Shown here piece after piece: positions 14,440-27,355 of a DNA stretch of 64,000 bases (within the stretch, counting starts at the first letter, position 1; every line of letters starts with the position of its first letter). Both the position numbers and the translations under genes were made by a program. This DNA comes from the human T2T-CHM13v2.0 reference genome, Homo sapiens. The DNA is taken from assembly GCF_009914755.1 (NCBI RefSeq), contig NC_060940.1; one strand, written 5' to 3'. The notes below the pieces were generated by a model, which was given only the letters and a program-made list of their open reading frames with translations, ran no database searches and was not told where the DNA came from.

Positions 14440-15548
14440 TTCTTGCACCAGCTTCTCAGGCCATTTGCCCATTTGTCTCTTGACGGGTTGGTCTGTAACT
14501 TACTCTTTTTGTTGTTTCTTTAATCCCCTGTTTCTGATATATAAGTTGCCAAATTTCTCCCCAATTCTTCACTTGCTCGTGTGCCTGTGTTTTGTTCATT
14601 TGTGTTGGCTTTAAGACCCTTATTTTATGTGGTCACATATACCCACCTCCTTTTAAGCTTCCTGTGTTTTGTTTCATTCTTCAAAAGGCCTTGCGCATGC
14701 TGAAATTATTTTGTTAGAAACATCTTTCATGATTTCTTCTAGTGCTTTTGTTTTTTTGCCCTTAAGTCTTTGATTTGAGGGAGAGACGCCATTTTTCCTT
14801 TGTCTAGGGGGTGAGCCAGCTGTGCCAAGACCATTTGAAATGCTGCCTTTACAACGCAGTCAATGCGTCTGCCTTGTTCCACTGATGGGTCCACCCATCT
14901 TCATACCAGCCCCAAACCGCATTTTACTACAGTAGCTTTGCAAGCCATGCTGGTGCGCCATGGACTCCACGCCTCCATGCCCTCACGAATTATTCTAGGA
15001 TGGCCTGGATGTTTATTTTTCCATATGAACTTTAGACTCAACTTACTTAGTTCCAGAAATAAATTGTTGGTATAGGAAAAAGGAGCTGATTGACTCTGCA
15101 GCCTGATCTAGGGATAACTGACATATTTGTTATTATCGTGGCTCCTGGTCAGGGTCACGGTCAGGGTCAGTGTTAGGGTCTTCCCTTGATTCGGGCATTT
15201 TGAGCATCCCTCCGCTGTGCCTCCAAGTTCCCTTCATGTGGCTGAGGCACATTTCCTAAGTTTTTTCTGAGATATCTTTTTGTTGCTGTTATAAATTTGA
15301 TCTCTCATTATATTTTCTATCTAATTATATATGAGAAAGCTGTTGATATTTGAATATCTTACTCTAACCAGTCATCTTCATGAACTCTGTTCATTTTCCA
15401 GATATGTAATCATATCAACTAAAATGGTGATCATTTTCTCTGCTCTTTTTCAATTTTTATACCTTGTAATTCTTTCTCTAGTCCAATTGCATCCGCCCAT
15501 CCCTCCAAAAAATGTTCAATCCTAGTGAATATCTCTGTCTTATTTCAC
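14440..15548 (-). mobile_element. Highly degraded L1M/L1ME ORF2 fragments
   Basis: TTTGCCCATTT, TTTTCCATATGAACTTTAGA, TTTTGTTGCTGTTATAAAT antisense L1 motifs; AT-rich. Confidence 0.6.
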
Positions 15549-16970
15549 TATCTGTAATTAAGACGATGCTGGTGTGGACTGTCTCTGTAATTAAGACGAT
15601 GCTGGTGTGGGCTGTCTCTGTAATTAAGACAATGCTGGTGTGGACTATCTATCTCTGTAATTAAGACAATGATGGTGTGGACTCTATCTCTGTAATTAAG
15701 ATGATGCTGGTGTGGACTGTCTGTGTGATTATGATAATGCTGGTGTGGACTCTCTCTGTAATTAAGACAATGCTGGTGTAGACTGTCATCTCTGTAATTC
15801 AGGCAGTGCTGGTGTGGACTGTCATCTCTGTAATTCAGGCAGTGCTGCTGTGGACTGTCATCTCTGTAATTCAGGCAGTGCTGCTGTGGACTGTCATCTC
15901 TGTAATTCAGGCAGTGCTGGTGTGGGCTGTCTCTGTAATTAAGATGATGCTGGTGTAGAATATCTCTGTGATTATGATGATGCTTGTGTGGACTGTCATC
16001 TCTGTAATTCAGGCAGTGCTGATGTGGGCTGTCTCTGTAATTAAGATGATGCTGGTGTGGAATATCTCTGTGATTATGATGATGCTGGTGTGGACTGTCA
16101 TCTCTGTAATTCAGGCAGTGCTGGTGTGGGCTGTCTCTGTAATTAAGATGATGCTGGTGTAGAATATCTCTGTGATTATGATGATGCTGCTGTGGACTGT
16201 CATCTCTGTAATTCAGGCAGTGCTGCTGTGGACTGTCATCTCTGTAATTCAGGCAGCGCTGGTGTGGGCTGTCTCTGTAATTAAGATGATGCTGGTGTAG
16301 AATATCTCTGTGATTATGATGATGCTGGTGTGGACTGTCATCTCTGTAATTCAGGCAGTGCTGCTGTGGACTGTCATCTCTGTAATTCAGGCAGTGCTGG
16401 TGTGGGCTGTCTCTGTAATTAAGATGATGCTGGTGTAGAATATCTCTGTGATTATGATGATGCTGGTGTGGACTGTCATCTCTGTAATTCAGGCAGTGCT
16501 GCTGTGGACTGTCATCTCTGTGATTCAGTCAGTGCTGGTGTGGACTGTCATCTCTGTAATTCAGGCAGTGCTGGTGTGGGCTGTCTCTGTAATTACGATG
16601 ATGCTGGTGTGGAATATCTCTGTGATTATGATGATGCTGGTGTGGACTGTCATCTCTGTAATTCAGGCAGTGCTGGTGTGGGCTATCTCTGTAATTAAGA
16701 TGATGCTGGTGTGGAATATCTCTGTGATTATGATGATGCTGGTGTGGACTGTCATCTCTGTAATTCAGGCAGTGCTGGTGTGGGCTGTCTCTGTAATTAA
16801 GATGATGCTGGTGTGGAATATCTCTGTGATTATGATGATGCTGGTGTGGACTGTCATCTCTGTAATTCAGGCAGTGCTGGTGTGGGCTGTCTCTGTAATT
16901 AAGATGATGCTGGTGTAGAATATCTCTGTGATTATGATGATGCTGGTGTGGACTATCATCTCTGTAATTA
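15549..16970. repeat. Complex minisatellite of 33/36 bp monomers forming a 102 bp higher-order unit
   Basis: Monomers TGTCATCTCTGTAATTCAGGCAGTGCTGGTGTGG(A/G)C, TGTCTCTGTAATTAAGATGATGCTGGTGT(G/A)GAA and TATCTCTGTGATTATGATGATGCTGGTGTGGAC repeat in fixed order; 34-aa repeat in the ORF track. Confidence 0.95.
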
Positions 16971-18074
16971 TGCTGAGGAAGTGTCCTCCTCGATCTGACC
17001 TGGAGTTTTGAATGAGATATGATTTTCCTCTCTGACCCTAGATTATATTTTGGTGAGAGCCAGGGGCAGGAAGGTCTCCCCCGAGGGCCAGGGCTCCAGG
17101 GCAAGTCACCTAAGGTTGTGCAGCTTGGTTTTCCTCACTGTGAAACGGGCGCACGAGATCTGTGTGGTCGGAGTGTTGGTGCCCTCTGAGGTCCCTGGGG
17201 CAGGGGCTGGCACGGCACTGGCCCCAGACCTAGAAAGCAGGGCTACCATCCTGTGTGTCACTGTTGGGCCACACATGCACACAGACCCAGGAAGTGGGGG
17301 CCGTCATCTTCTCCATCGCTGCCAGGCCACGCACGCACACAACGCCTGGATGGACTCTGGCCTGACGCTCACCCTGGCACAGGGGGAGATGAAGCTTCTG
17401 TTTGTTCTTTGCAGAGCCCGCTGCCTCTGTTGGACCATTTTATCGCCATGGTGACCAAGGGCGTGGCCAGGTGACTTTGCAGAGGAGGGAGCAGGGCCCA
17501 GGAGCTCTCAGGCCTCCCTGTGACCCCAGAAGGAGGGTGGCCATCCTAGTCCAGGGCTGGGGAAGTGCACATCCGTGCGTCTGCCTGTGCAGAAGGTGGG
17601 GGAGGGAGGACCCTCACTCAGCCGATCAGCTTCTAAAGCCCCCAGGGTTCAAAGGACAGCCCTCGACCTCCTGGCCTGGGTTGGTTTCCAAGACAAGAGC
17701 AGGCCTGGGCTGGGGTCCTTGGAGGCCAAGGGGGTGGGAGACACGGAGCAGCGGCAGGAAGAGCAGCTGGTCCTCCAGGCCCTCCCCCTCCTGCTGAGTC
17801 ACACACAGGGCCTCGCCCGCCCAGGCTGCCTGTTCCGGACGTTCCAGAGGAAACCTGGAAGTGCACAAGGCCCTGACCCCACCCCCGGCGCCTGCACCAC
17901 TGAGGAAAGGCTGTGATCACGGCCATGCACCTGCAGCTCTGTAGGGCGGCACCTGGACCACGCGTCACCAGGGCACATGCTGCCACCACAGCCCCGGGTG
18001 GGCAGAGAGCAGGGCCGGCCGCCCCTCACTACTCGCCAGTCTGAAAGGCAGGAGCAGCTTCCCCCAGGTCCGTC

Positions 18075-18175
18075 CTCCTCACCGGAATCTCCGGGGCAGT
18101 TTTCATACGTTTTGAACAGTCCTAAGTCAGAACCCGCAGGGCTGGGTCCAGGAATCTGGACGTACCTTTTATACC
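18075..18175. mobile_element. MER5A-like DNA transposon fragment
   Basis: GAATCTCCGGGGCAG...AGTCAGAACC...GGGTCCAGGAATCTG. Confidence 0.45.
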
Positions 18176-18370
18176 TTGGGCGAGTGTGATCGCAGCTGCC
18201 AGCCCTGGTCTGCCCGCCAGCATCTGCCACCTTTAGGATGGGATGGTGCACCACGCTCGTGGGGCCAGACGCCAGCCTTGCATCCAGCTCACCTTGGCAC
18301 GGCTCTTCCCACTTCTCTGCCCTGGGAGTAACACTCCTTCCGGGGTTTTCATGAGGGTGATGTGATCTGA

Positions 18371-18826
<456 letters not shown>

Positions 18827-21800
18827 TGAGAAGGATGCACCCCCACAGAAAACTCCAGATCCCACGCGCTCTCCAGCTCTAAACCCAGAACACCTGACCT
18901 CGGCATTCTCCCTCCCAACCCAGCTGGAAGGGGCAATGCTCCACCCAGATAATAAACTGTAGATGGTGGGGCTCTGGCAGAGAGAGGGGCCGGCCGGCCA
19001 GAGGCTTGAGGAGAGCGCCACATGGGCAGCCCCCACCCCAGTTTGATGGAATCCAACTGATCTCAGGGCTGAAGCCCTTTCCCCACATGCTGGCCTGGCC
19101 CTCAGCTGTCAGGCAGGGTGGGGAGCCGAAGCAGTTCCCAACTGCCTCTCCAGCGTGATGAACACCGACTCACATGCCAAAGCCTACTTCAGACACCCTC
19201 TTCTCCGTGGAGCCTCCTTCTGCCTTCTCCCCAGGGCAGATGCTCACAGCACCTCACCTGTTCCATTCTTCTGCGGGTGAAACGTGGTCCTAGGGGGACC
19301 CTGTGCATTTTCACCTTTGCACGCTGGCCAGGGGCAGGGTGGAGCCTCGGAACCTGGCTGGTGAAGGTTGGAAGAGTTTCGCATCCTCTGAAAACAGAGG
19401 TAGGGCCACGGGCCTGTGGTCCAGGAGACCCTTCCCTGGGAGGGGTCTCTCCTGGCATTCTCCCGACCTGGTGCAGATGTAGTCTCCATCGTGCTGAGGC
19501 TTGGGTGTTGGGGTTGAGGGGCAGTGCCCGCCGGCAGCCGCCCTGCACAGCTCTCTGGCCGGTGCAGAGGCCTTCTCTTTCCTCACTCTGGCTTCCAGCC
19601 ACAACTGTCCTCTCAACCACAGGAAGTCCATGTGCAGCTTCCCAGACGCCTTTCCCTTGACCGTGACTTGAGTCCCCAGGAACTTACAGGAACCTTCCAG
19701 AAATTCCCTCTTTATCTCCCAAATCCCATCTGGTTCTGTTTAAGGATTCACCATACTTCCTCCTGCTCTCTGCGCCGCTGAACCGGGCCTGTCTCAGAGC
19801 TCGGTGTCATCTTTCTCCCTGGGACAGGGGTGAACCTAGGTCTTGAGGGTGATGGTGGGGTGAGGTCCCCGTGCCTTGGCACTCAGAGCATGGCCTTTCC
19901 TCCTGCTTCCTCCTCCTGGCCCCAGCCCTGTCCTCTGCTGTCCTTTAATGACAAGTTACTTTTATTGCCACAGAATCTGCCACTGTCCCCATGAGGAGAG
20001 GGACCTGCGATCCCTGCCCGTGGCTTGGGCCTCTCAGGTTTGGACAGCCGGTGGCAGCTCCACCCTCTCAGCCCTTCTCTCCCAGATCTTCGGGCCCAGC
20101 CTGGGCTGGAGGGAGGCCGCTGGTTCTCCAGGGCGCGTTCCATGGAGCTGCGGCTGTGGCTGTGGGTATACCAACTGCAAAGCCCCCAGTGGGCCCGGGT
20201 CTGTTACATTCGGCAGGGGCTGCCCTTTTTAGCCTGGCCCCCTCCAGCCCAGCCTCCTCCTGGAGACGCTGCCCCCCCTTCCTCCTCTCCATGCTCTGTG
20301 CCCATTCGGTAAGCGGGGAAGAGCCAGCGGTGTCCTCTGCCCCAGCTGCATCTCAGGATCAGGGGAGGAGCTGGCGGTGTCCTCTGCCCCAGCTGCATCT
20401 CAGGATCAGGCAATTCTCCCCCCAGCCCTTTAGCAAGTCAGGGAGACGCGGTGGCCCCTGCCTGCCAAGGGCAGGAGTGGGGTGGGGGATCAAGAAGGGG
20501 ACCATTTTCTGGGTTCTGTTGCTCATGAAGTAAGAACTCCTGGCGTGTCCCACACCTGGGCTGCCTCCCTCCCTGGCCTGTGCCGTGGGGAGAGGACAGA
20601 GCTCAGCCACGGCTGCTCTGCCAAGGGAGGAGTCTGAGATCTTGGAGCTCGGAGGAGGGGATGCTCCCTTGGAAAGCATGCGAGGGAGGGAGTCTGTGCA
20701 GAAGGACCACTGCCAAATCCCGAACAGCGCGTGCAAGGGGGAGAAGCCCCAGCGTCCAGACGGCCATCATGCAAACAGCTTGGCCCTCACGTGGTGACCG
20801 TCCTCACCAGGGCAGCAGCATCTTCAGATGTCAGCTGTATGACACCCAGAGATAAACTTGCTTTTGTTTGGGAGCCCAAAAGTCTCATTACCTGGGGGTC
20901 AGGACCAGACGGGGCACCCCAGGGCTTTCCTAGCAGGTCATTTTGTATTGCCAGCTGGGGTCAAGAGGGCCTTGGCCACCAGGCTGGGGCAGGATGGGAC
21001 TCTGCCTCAGGCTTCCGATGCATGCCTTCCCATGACCGGCCACTGTCCTGCGGATTCTGGATTTGGGGTTCGGGCTCCTCACAGACAGATGGAAGAGGGT
21101 CTGGGTGTCTGGCTGCCCACACTGTCCCCCTTGGCCTCACCTCCGAGGGGGCCTTGCAGGTGGCCGAGACCTGGACACCTGCCTTTCTGAGGTTCTTCCT
21201 CACCAGTGTCGCCTAAACAAATGCACTCAGGCCCCTGACTGAGCCGAAGGGGGCTCCTCGTCTGCAGGGCCAGGAGACTTTCTTGGGCGGAGCCACACAG
21301 GAGGTGCAAGGATTGGGCCCCGGGAGGAGGGGGCTGCTCCCCCAGGGAGGAGGAGGCAGTCCGAGGCCTCGGAAGGTGGGGGCCCTCCTGAACAGAGTGA
21401 GCACAGGCCCTGCTGATGCGCCCGGGTCCTGCCAATGATCCCTTTTCCATGTGCAGCGCCTCTCAGAGGGGAAGCAGCGGGGCCACTCCCCAGGCTGCCC
21501 TCCTAGGGCCTCAGGTAGCCCCCTTGGCTCCCTGCCACCCTTCTCCTCCCCATCCACCATTTCCAGCCCTCCCTAGGAAGCCCCGTCTGTGGGTCGTGCA
21601 AACTCGACGCCTTGGGTTTGTGGATGCTGCAGGGAGAATAACAGGACACGCTGAGTGGTCAGGAGCCGGCCCCCAGGCCTCCCTGCAGCCCAGCTTCGCA
21701 GCTAGGGGACTCCCCTGCCCTACAGGTGGGACCCTGACTCTGGTGGAGACCAAGCTGCTGGGTGAGGAGCTGGGCCTCAGGCCCCTATCTTCCAAGGAAA

Positions 21801-22271
21801 GGTTTTCTCCAGTCTCCAAAGCCAGAATGGTGGGCTCCTGACCCTCATGTGGGGTCAGTGAGGGTTTCCTCCCATCTGGCATCTCCCCGGCCTGAAGCCT
21901 GACTCCTCGCCACACAGGCCATGATAACAGGCACCCCCCAAATGTCCAACAGCGGGGGATAATTCAAAGCATGGCCAGGCCTCCACTCATGGAGCATTAT
22001 GCAGCCATTCAAAAGCAGGTGGGACATTTACAGAGCACGGGGGAAGCTGCTTGCCGTGGCAGAAGTTAAACAGGCTGAGTGCCTTGCACGTGTTTACTAA
22101 GTGATAATTCCACCCAATTTATATAATCCTAGGGAGACTCGGGGTTTTAAATGTCATCTTCAGAATGTTCCTGCTGATTACACTGCCCTCATGATGGGAA
22201 GCCTGCGTTTACTCTAATGGTAATAATTATTGTTAACAGTGAGGCCTTGCGTCTTCATCAGCATTTCTTAA

Positions 22272-22794
<523 letters not shown>

Positions 22795-23142
22795 TGAGCT
22801 GCCCCCTCAGACTCTGCAAGTGGGAGGAGTTCAGGACGCAGATGCAGTGTCCAGTGCTCGGGAATGAATGAATGAGTGAATGGATAGATGAACAGGCGAA
22901 TGAGACACCGTGGCTGCCATCCGAGGCTGCCTTTCAGTATGAAATGTTGGGGTCAGGGTGGGGACGTGAGGGCCTTCCTCAGCCAGTCGGTCCCAGGTTG
23001 ACCAGGCTGCAGAGCGGCCCAGCCTGGCCCGGGGATGCCGCAGGGACCAAGCTCCTCCTGTCCAGGCTGTCCTGGGCGAGGCGCCAAGGGGAAGGTCCTG
23101 GGGTGCCCCCCACCTTGGGTTTCCCCCTCGGGGTCTTGCTGG

Positions 23143-23830
23143 GGCAAGTCTGAAATCCGTAGGGCAGGCTGGAAACCCAGGCAGGAGCTGATGCTGCAGC
23201 CTTCAGGCAGAATCCACCATCCCAGGGAAACCTTGGTTTTTGCCCGTAAGGCCTTGCCTGATTGGATGCAGTCTTCAAATTCTGCATGTAAGGCCTCACC
23301 TGACTGGATGCAGCCCTTGGCATCTGCTCATAAGGCCTCACCTGATTGGATGTGGCCCTTGGCTGCTGTGTTAGGCCTCACCTGATTGGATATGGCTCTC
23401 AGAGTCTGCATGTCAGGCCTCACCTGATTGGATGCAGCCCTCGAATTCTGCATGTAAGGCCTCACCTTATTTGATGTGGCCCTCGGATTCTGCTCATAAG
23501 GCCTTACCTGATTGGTGTGGCCTCAGATTCTGCATGTAAGACCTCATCTGATTGGATATGACCCTCGGATTCTGCTCATAAGGCCTCACCTGATTGGTGT
23601 GGCCTCAGATTCTGCATGTAAGACCTCATCTGATTGGACATGACCCTTGGCTTCTGCACATGAGGCCTCACCTGTTTGGATGCAGCCCTCGGATTCTGTT
23701 GGTAAGGCCTCACCTGATTAGATGCAGCCACCGCCATCCGGAGCATGATCTGCTTCACTTAAGGTCAGCTGATGGCCAAGGCCAGTGCCTCCCCCAAATG
23801 CCTTCTTGGCAACACCCAGACAGGTGGGAT
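23143..23830 (-). mobile_element. ERVL (MLT2-type) LTR fragment hosting a minisatellite
   Basis: AAGTCTGAAATCCGTAGGGCAGGCTGGAAA...AAGGCCTT..CTGATTGGATG before the array; CTTCACTTAAGGTCAGCTGAT...GCAACACCCAGA after it. Confidence 0.65.
23248..23729. repeat. Minisatellite, 40-42 bp unit (TAAGGCCTCACCTGATTGGATGCAGCCCTCGGATTCTGCATG), ~12 copies
   Basis: Unit starts near 23248, 23289, 23331, 23372, 23413, 23455, 23497, 23537, 23579, 23619, 23661, 23703. Confidence 0.92.
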
Positions 23831-23867
23831 GGAACCCAGGGCTCAGTGGCCACAGGATGCTGCACCG

Positions 23868-23977
23868 CTTCTGACATCACTCAACAGCAAAGACCCTAGG
23901 ACAGGCCCTGGCGAGATCTCTGTGGGATGAGAGGGCCCTGGGCATGAGAGAGAGGCCTCACTATTGGAAATGGTCCC
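23868..23977 (+). repeat. 110 bp dispersed direct repeat, copy 1
   Basis: CTTCTGACATCACTC...CTATTGGAAATGGTCCC, matching 25366-25475 with 7 substitutions. Confidence 0.95.
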
Positions 23978-25365
23978 TGTGGGCCTGGACGAGCTGGGCG
24001 GGCTGCAGGCTACAGCATCATGGAGCCACGGCAGGAGGTGCCGCCTGGGCTGCTCCGACCCTCCCCGCGGCCTCGGCATCTTCTCCCAGCCTCCGATGGA
24101 CTCAGAGCCCAGCGTGTCAGAGCCGGGGGCGCTTTTCACCCAAACCTGTGCCCCACACAGTCCCCAGGAAATCGGAGGCCAGGTGAATCGGAACTCACCT
24201 GAGGCCCCACGGCCGCTCTGGGAGGAGCCAGCTCTGCCAGTACCTGGACCCATCACATGGGAGGCGGCTGCGAGGCTGGGAGGCAATGGCTCCTGCACCT
24301 GCTCTCGCGGTCTCGGGAGCCCCGCCCTGCCTGTCACGTCAGTGTCCCGGCCGTGTTCATCCTGAAGCTCCACAGCCGCAGCCACCCATGGCAGTGGGGA
24401 GCCAACTGCAGTATGCTCTGATCAAACCGTATCTCATGGCTCCAGCACAGATGGCGGGAGCTACGGCAAGTCCGGTGATGCTGGAGGGGGTGTGACTGAC
24501 GAGGAGGGTTTGTGCCAGAGCAGGCGGCACCACCACTCCTCGGAGACTGTGTGGGACCCGAGCGACCCCTCCATCCCACGGACTCCAGGACTCAGTCAGG
24601 GGTCGCCCTTGCCTTGAGCTCTAGGCTGCATCAGGAAATGCATGAAGGTTGCCGAATAACCACTCCAGGCCCTCCCCGTGCCCACCCACCTTCAGGAGAA
24701 TCCGTGGGATGGGGGAACCATCGAATGGACTTGGCCCAGGACTTGGGGGCCAGGTTCAAATGTGAGCCCAGCCCAGGAGACTTTGGGCAGGCCTGTGACT
24801 GTCGGAGGCAAGGAGAGCTCAGGAAAGCGGAGAGGATGACAGCTCTCGGCTCCTCCTGTCTCTCCCAAGATTGGAGAACGGCATGCTTACAACGCTGTCA
24901 GTACTCATGCCACCCAGCCACGGCCATCTGGAAGTTGTTAGCTGTTATTACCTGTGGACAGTGTGGATGGCACATGAGCCTCAGTTCCCCTCGTCTGTAA
25001 AGCGGGGGCGGTGATCCCACATCATGGATTAGAGCTGCCGTTCCCTGGGTGCCCATGTTGTGCAGTCAGGAGCCAGGCTCGGTGGCCACCCTGCCTTCTG
25101 CCACGCAGTCTGCCCCAGGCTCTGCAGAGCTCCGAGGAGGGGCCCCGGAGGCCTTGGTGGTGCAGTGCCATGCCCCTGGGAGGCTGGGGACACGTGTCCC
25201 AGGCCCTGACACCCTCGCAGGCCGCTCAGTGGATTACAGGGCCACAGACCTGTCCTGACAGGGCCACATACAGCTGCCAAGATGATGGCTGCTTACCTAG
25301 CAAACTCTAATGCCAGAAACCACCTTCTTCCTTCCCACTTCTCTGTAGCATTTGTGTTTTGATCA

Positions 25366-25475
25366 CTTCTGACATCACTCAGCAGCAAAGGCCCCAGGAC
25401 AGGCCCTGGCGAAATCTCTGTGGGGTGAGAGGGCCCTGGGCATGGGAGGGAGGCCTCACTATTGGAAATGGTCCC
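25366..25475 (+). repeat. 110 bp dispersed direct repeat, copy 2
   Basis: Matches 23868-23977. Confidence 0.95.
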
Positions 25476-25834
25476 AAGAGCCTCAGGACCCTGTGGGAAG
25501 GCCTGGGCAGCCAGGCTTCCTCTTGGCAAAGCCAGGATCTCCCTGACCCCCACTTTCTGGTGGACAGTGTAGAGGTATTGGGGGGGCTGCCACTGAGTGG
25601 CAGAAGTGGGCAGGGGGACTCCCACACCCAGTGTTGCCCATGACCGGTAATGGCCGTGGTCCCACAGACCAGGGGCCCACTCTGCCCCTGGCACATGCCA
25701 GACCGCAGCTGTGCAGTCTCCCACTCCGTGCCCCCATCCCCCTGCAAAAGGGTGTTGTGTGTCCATCCTACAGATGGTGACAGGGAGACTCGGAGGAGGC
25801 ACGTGGGGGTGCCCACCATTTCACCCCTCCCAGT

Positions 25835-26270
25835 TCCCTACCGTGGTAGAACAATCACCCCAGAACTTAGTGGCTAAAACCAAGCAGAGTTACTTATTTT
25901 GCTCACAAATCAATGGTTGTCAGGGCCTGCGGGCAGCAGCTCACCTCAGTGACACAGGCTTCAGCTGGAGCAGCTGGGCTGGGGCGAGATCCGCCGCAAA
26001 AATGGCACACCACATGGCTGGCCAGGGGCCTGTGGTCAGCGCCTCCCCACGGGGCCTCTTCGGGGCTACTTGGGCTTCCTCGCAGCATGAGGGCTGGGTC
26101 CCAAGAGGCAGGAAGTAGAGGCTGTCAGTTTCGGACCGCCAGCCCTGAAATTTTCTGAGCAATACTTCTGCAGCATTCTGTTTTGGCCAAGAAGTAAAAA
26201 GGTCCAGATTCAAAGGCAGAGACGCAGACCCCCACACACACCCCTTATGGGAGGTGGGTGGAAAGATGTG
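25835..26270 (-). mobile_element. Old MLT1 (H/I/J-like) LTR fragment
   Basis: CACCCCAGAACTTAGTGGCTAAAAC...TTGCTCAC; TTCTGCAGCATTCTGTTTTGGCCAA...CCAGATTCAA. Confidence 0.65.
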
Positions 26271-26374
26271 GGGGCTGTTGTGTCACAGCTGTGCCGTCTG
26301 GGATGTTGACCTCCCCAGAGCTCTCAGGTGTGAACACACGTGTGGCCAGGCCTCAGTGCTGTCCTCTCCTATGG

Positions 26375-26735
26375 CTGTGATGCAGAGAGTCCCAGAACCA
26401 GGGCTCAGCCCGGGAGGGTTCTTGGCTTCACTCAGGAAAGAATTTGAAAGCCAGCTGGTGGTGGAAGGCAGGTTTACTTAAGCGGCCGTGTACAGAGAGT
26501 TGCTGCTCCTTGCAGAGCAGGGCTAACCCACAGGGAGTGCGCCAGGGTGACTGCATAAGGGACTGTAGCTGTTTTTATACCCACTTTTAAGTATGTGCGA
26601 ATTAAGGGGAAGGTTATTCAGAAATCTCTAGAAAGGGGGCGGCACCTTCCAGATGTTGCCATTGCGTTTGTAAACTGTCATGGTGCCGGTGGGTGTGTCT
26701 TATGCTGATGGGCAGAGGGGGCAGCTGGAGGAAGC
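26375..26735 (-). mobile_element. ERV1 (MER4-group) LTR fragment
   Basis: GGGTTCTTGGCTTCACTCAGGAAAGAATT; TTTATACCCACTTTTAA; TTGCCATTGCGTTTGTAAACTGTCATGG. Confidence 0.65.
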
Positions 26736-26736
26736 T

Positions 26737-26955
26737 GTGTTAGTCTGTTCTTGCACTGCTATAGAGAAATACTTGATACTGGGCAATTTATAAAGAAAAG
26801 AGGGTTGGCTCACAGTTCTGTAGGCCGTACAGGAAGCATGGTAGCTTCTGCTTCTGGGGAGGCCTCAGGAAACTTACAGTCATGGTGGAAGGTGAAGGGG
26901 GATCCAGCACTTCAGCCAGTGGGAGCAGGAGGAAAAGAGAGAGGGAGGAGGTGCC
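26737..26955 (-). mobile_element. MSTA/MSTB (MaLR) partial LTR
   Basis: TGTTAGTCTGTTCTTGCACTGCTATAGAGAAATAC...GGAGGCCTCAGGAAACTTACAGTCATGG. Confidence 0.85.
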
Positions 26956-26998
26956 CTTGGGAAATATCCTTCCAGCAGCTTCTGGTTGAGATCACATC

Positions 26999-27355
26999 CA
27001 GCTGCGGCATACTCAGGGTCTCAAGTCCTCACCTGCACACTCCAGGTGGTCCCGACAGCAGCTGCGACATACACAGGGCCTCAAGTCCTCACCTGCACAC
27101 TCCAGGTGGTCCCGACAGCAGCTGCGACATACACAGGGCCTCAAGTCCTCACCTGCACACTCCAGGTGGTCCTGACAGCCGCTGCAACACACACAGGGTC
27201 TCAAGTCCTCACCTGCACACTCCAGGTGGTCGCGACAGCAGCTGTGACATACACAGGGCCTCAAGTCCTCACCTGCACACTCCAGGTGGTCCTGACAGCC
27301 GCTGCAACACACACAGGGTCTCAAGTCCTCACCGGCACACTCCAGGTGGTCCCTA
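26999..27355. repeat. Minisatellite, 60 bp unit (CAGCAGCTGCGACATACACAGGGCCTCAAGTCCTCACCTGCACACTCCAGGTGGTCCCGA), 6 copies
   Basis: Exact 60-bp register visible line to line from 27001 to 27360. Confidence 0.97.

Noticed and set aside
15968-17104. Hydrophobic and His-rich repeat ORFs
   Set aside because: Result of 33/36 bp units being multiples of three; interrupted by TAG variants
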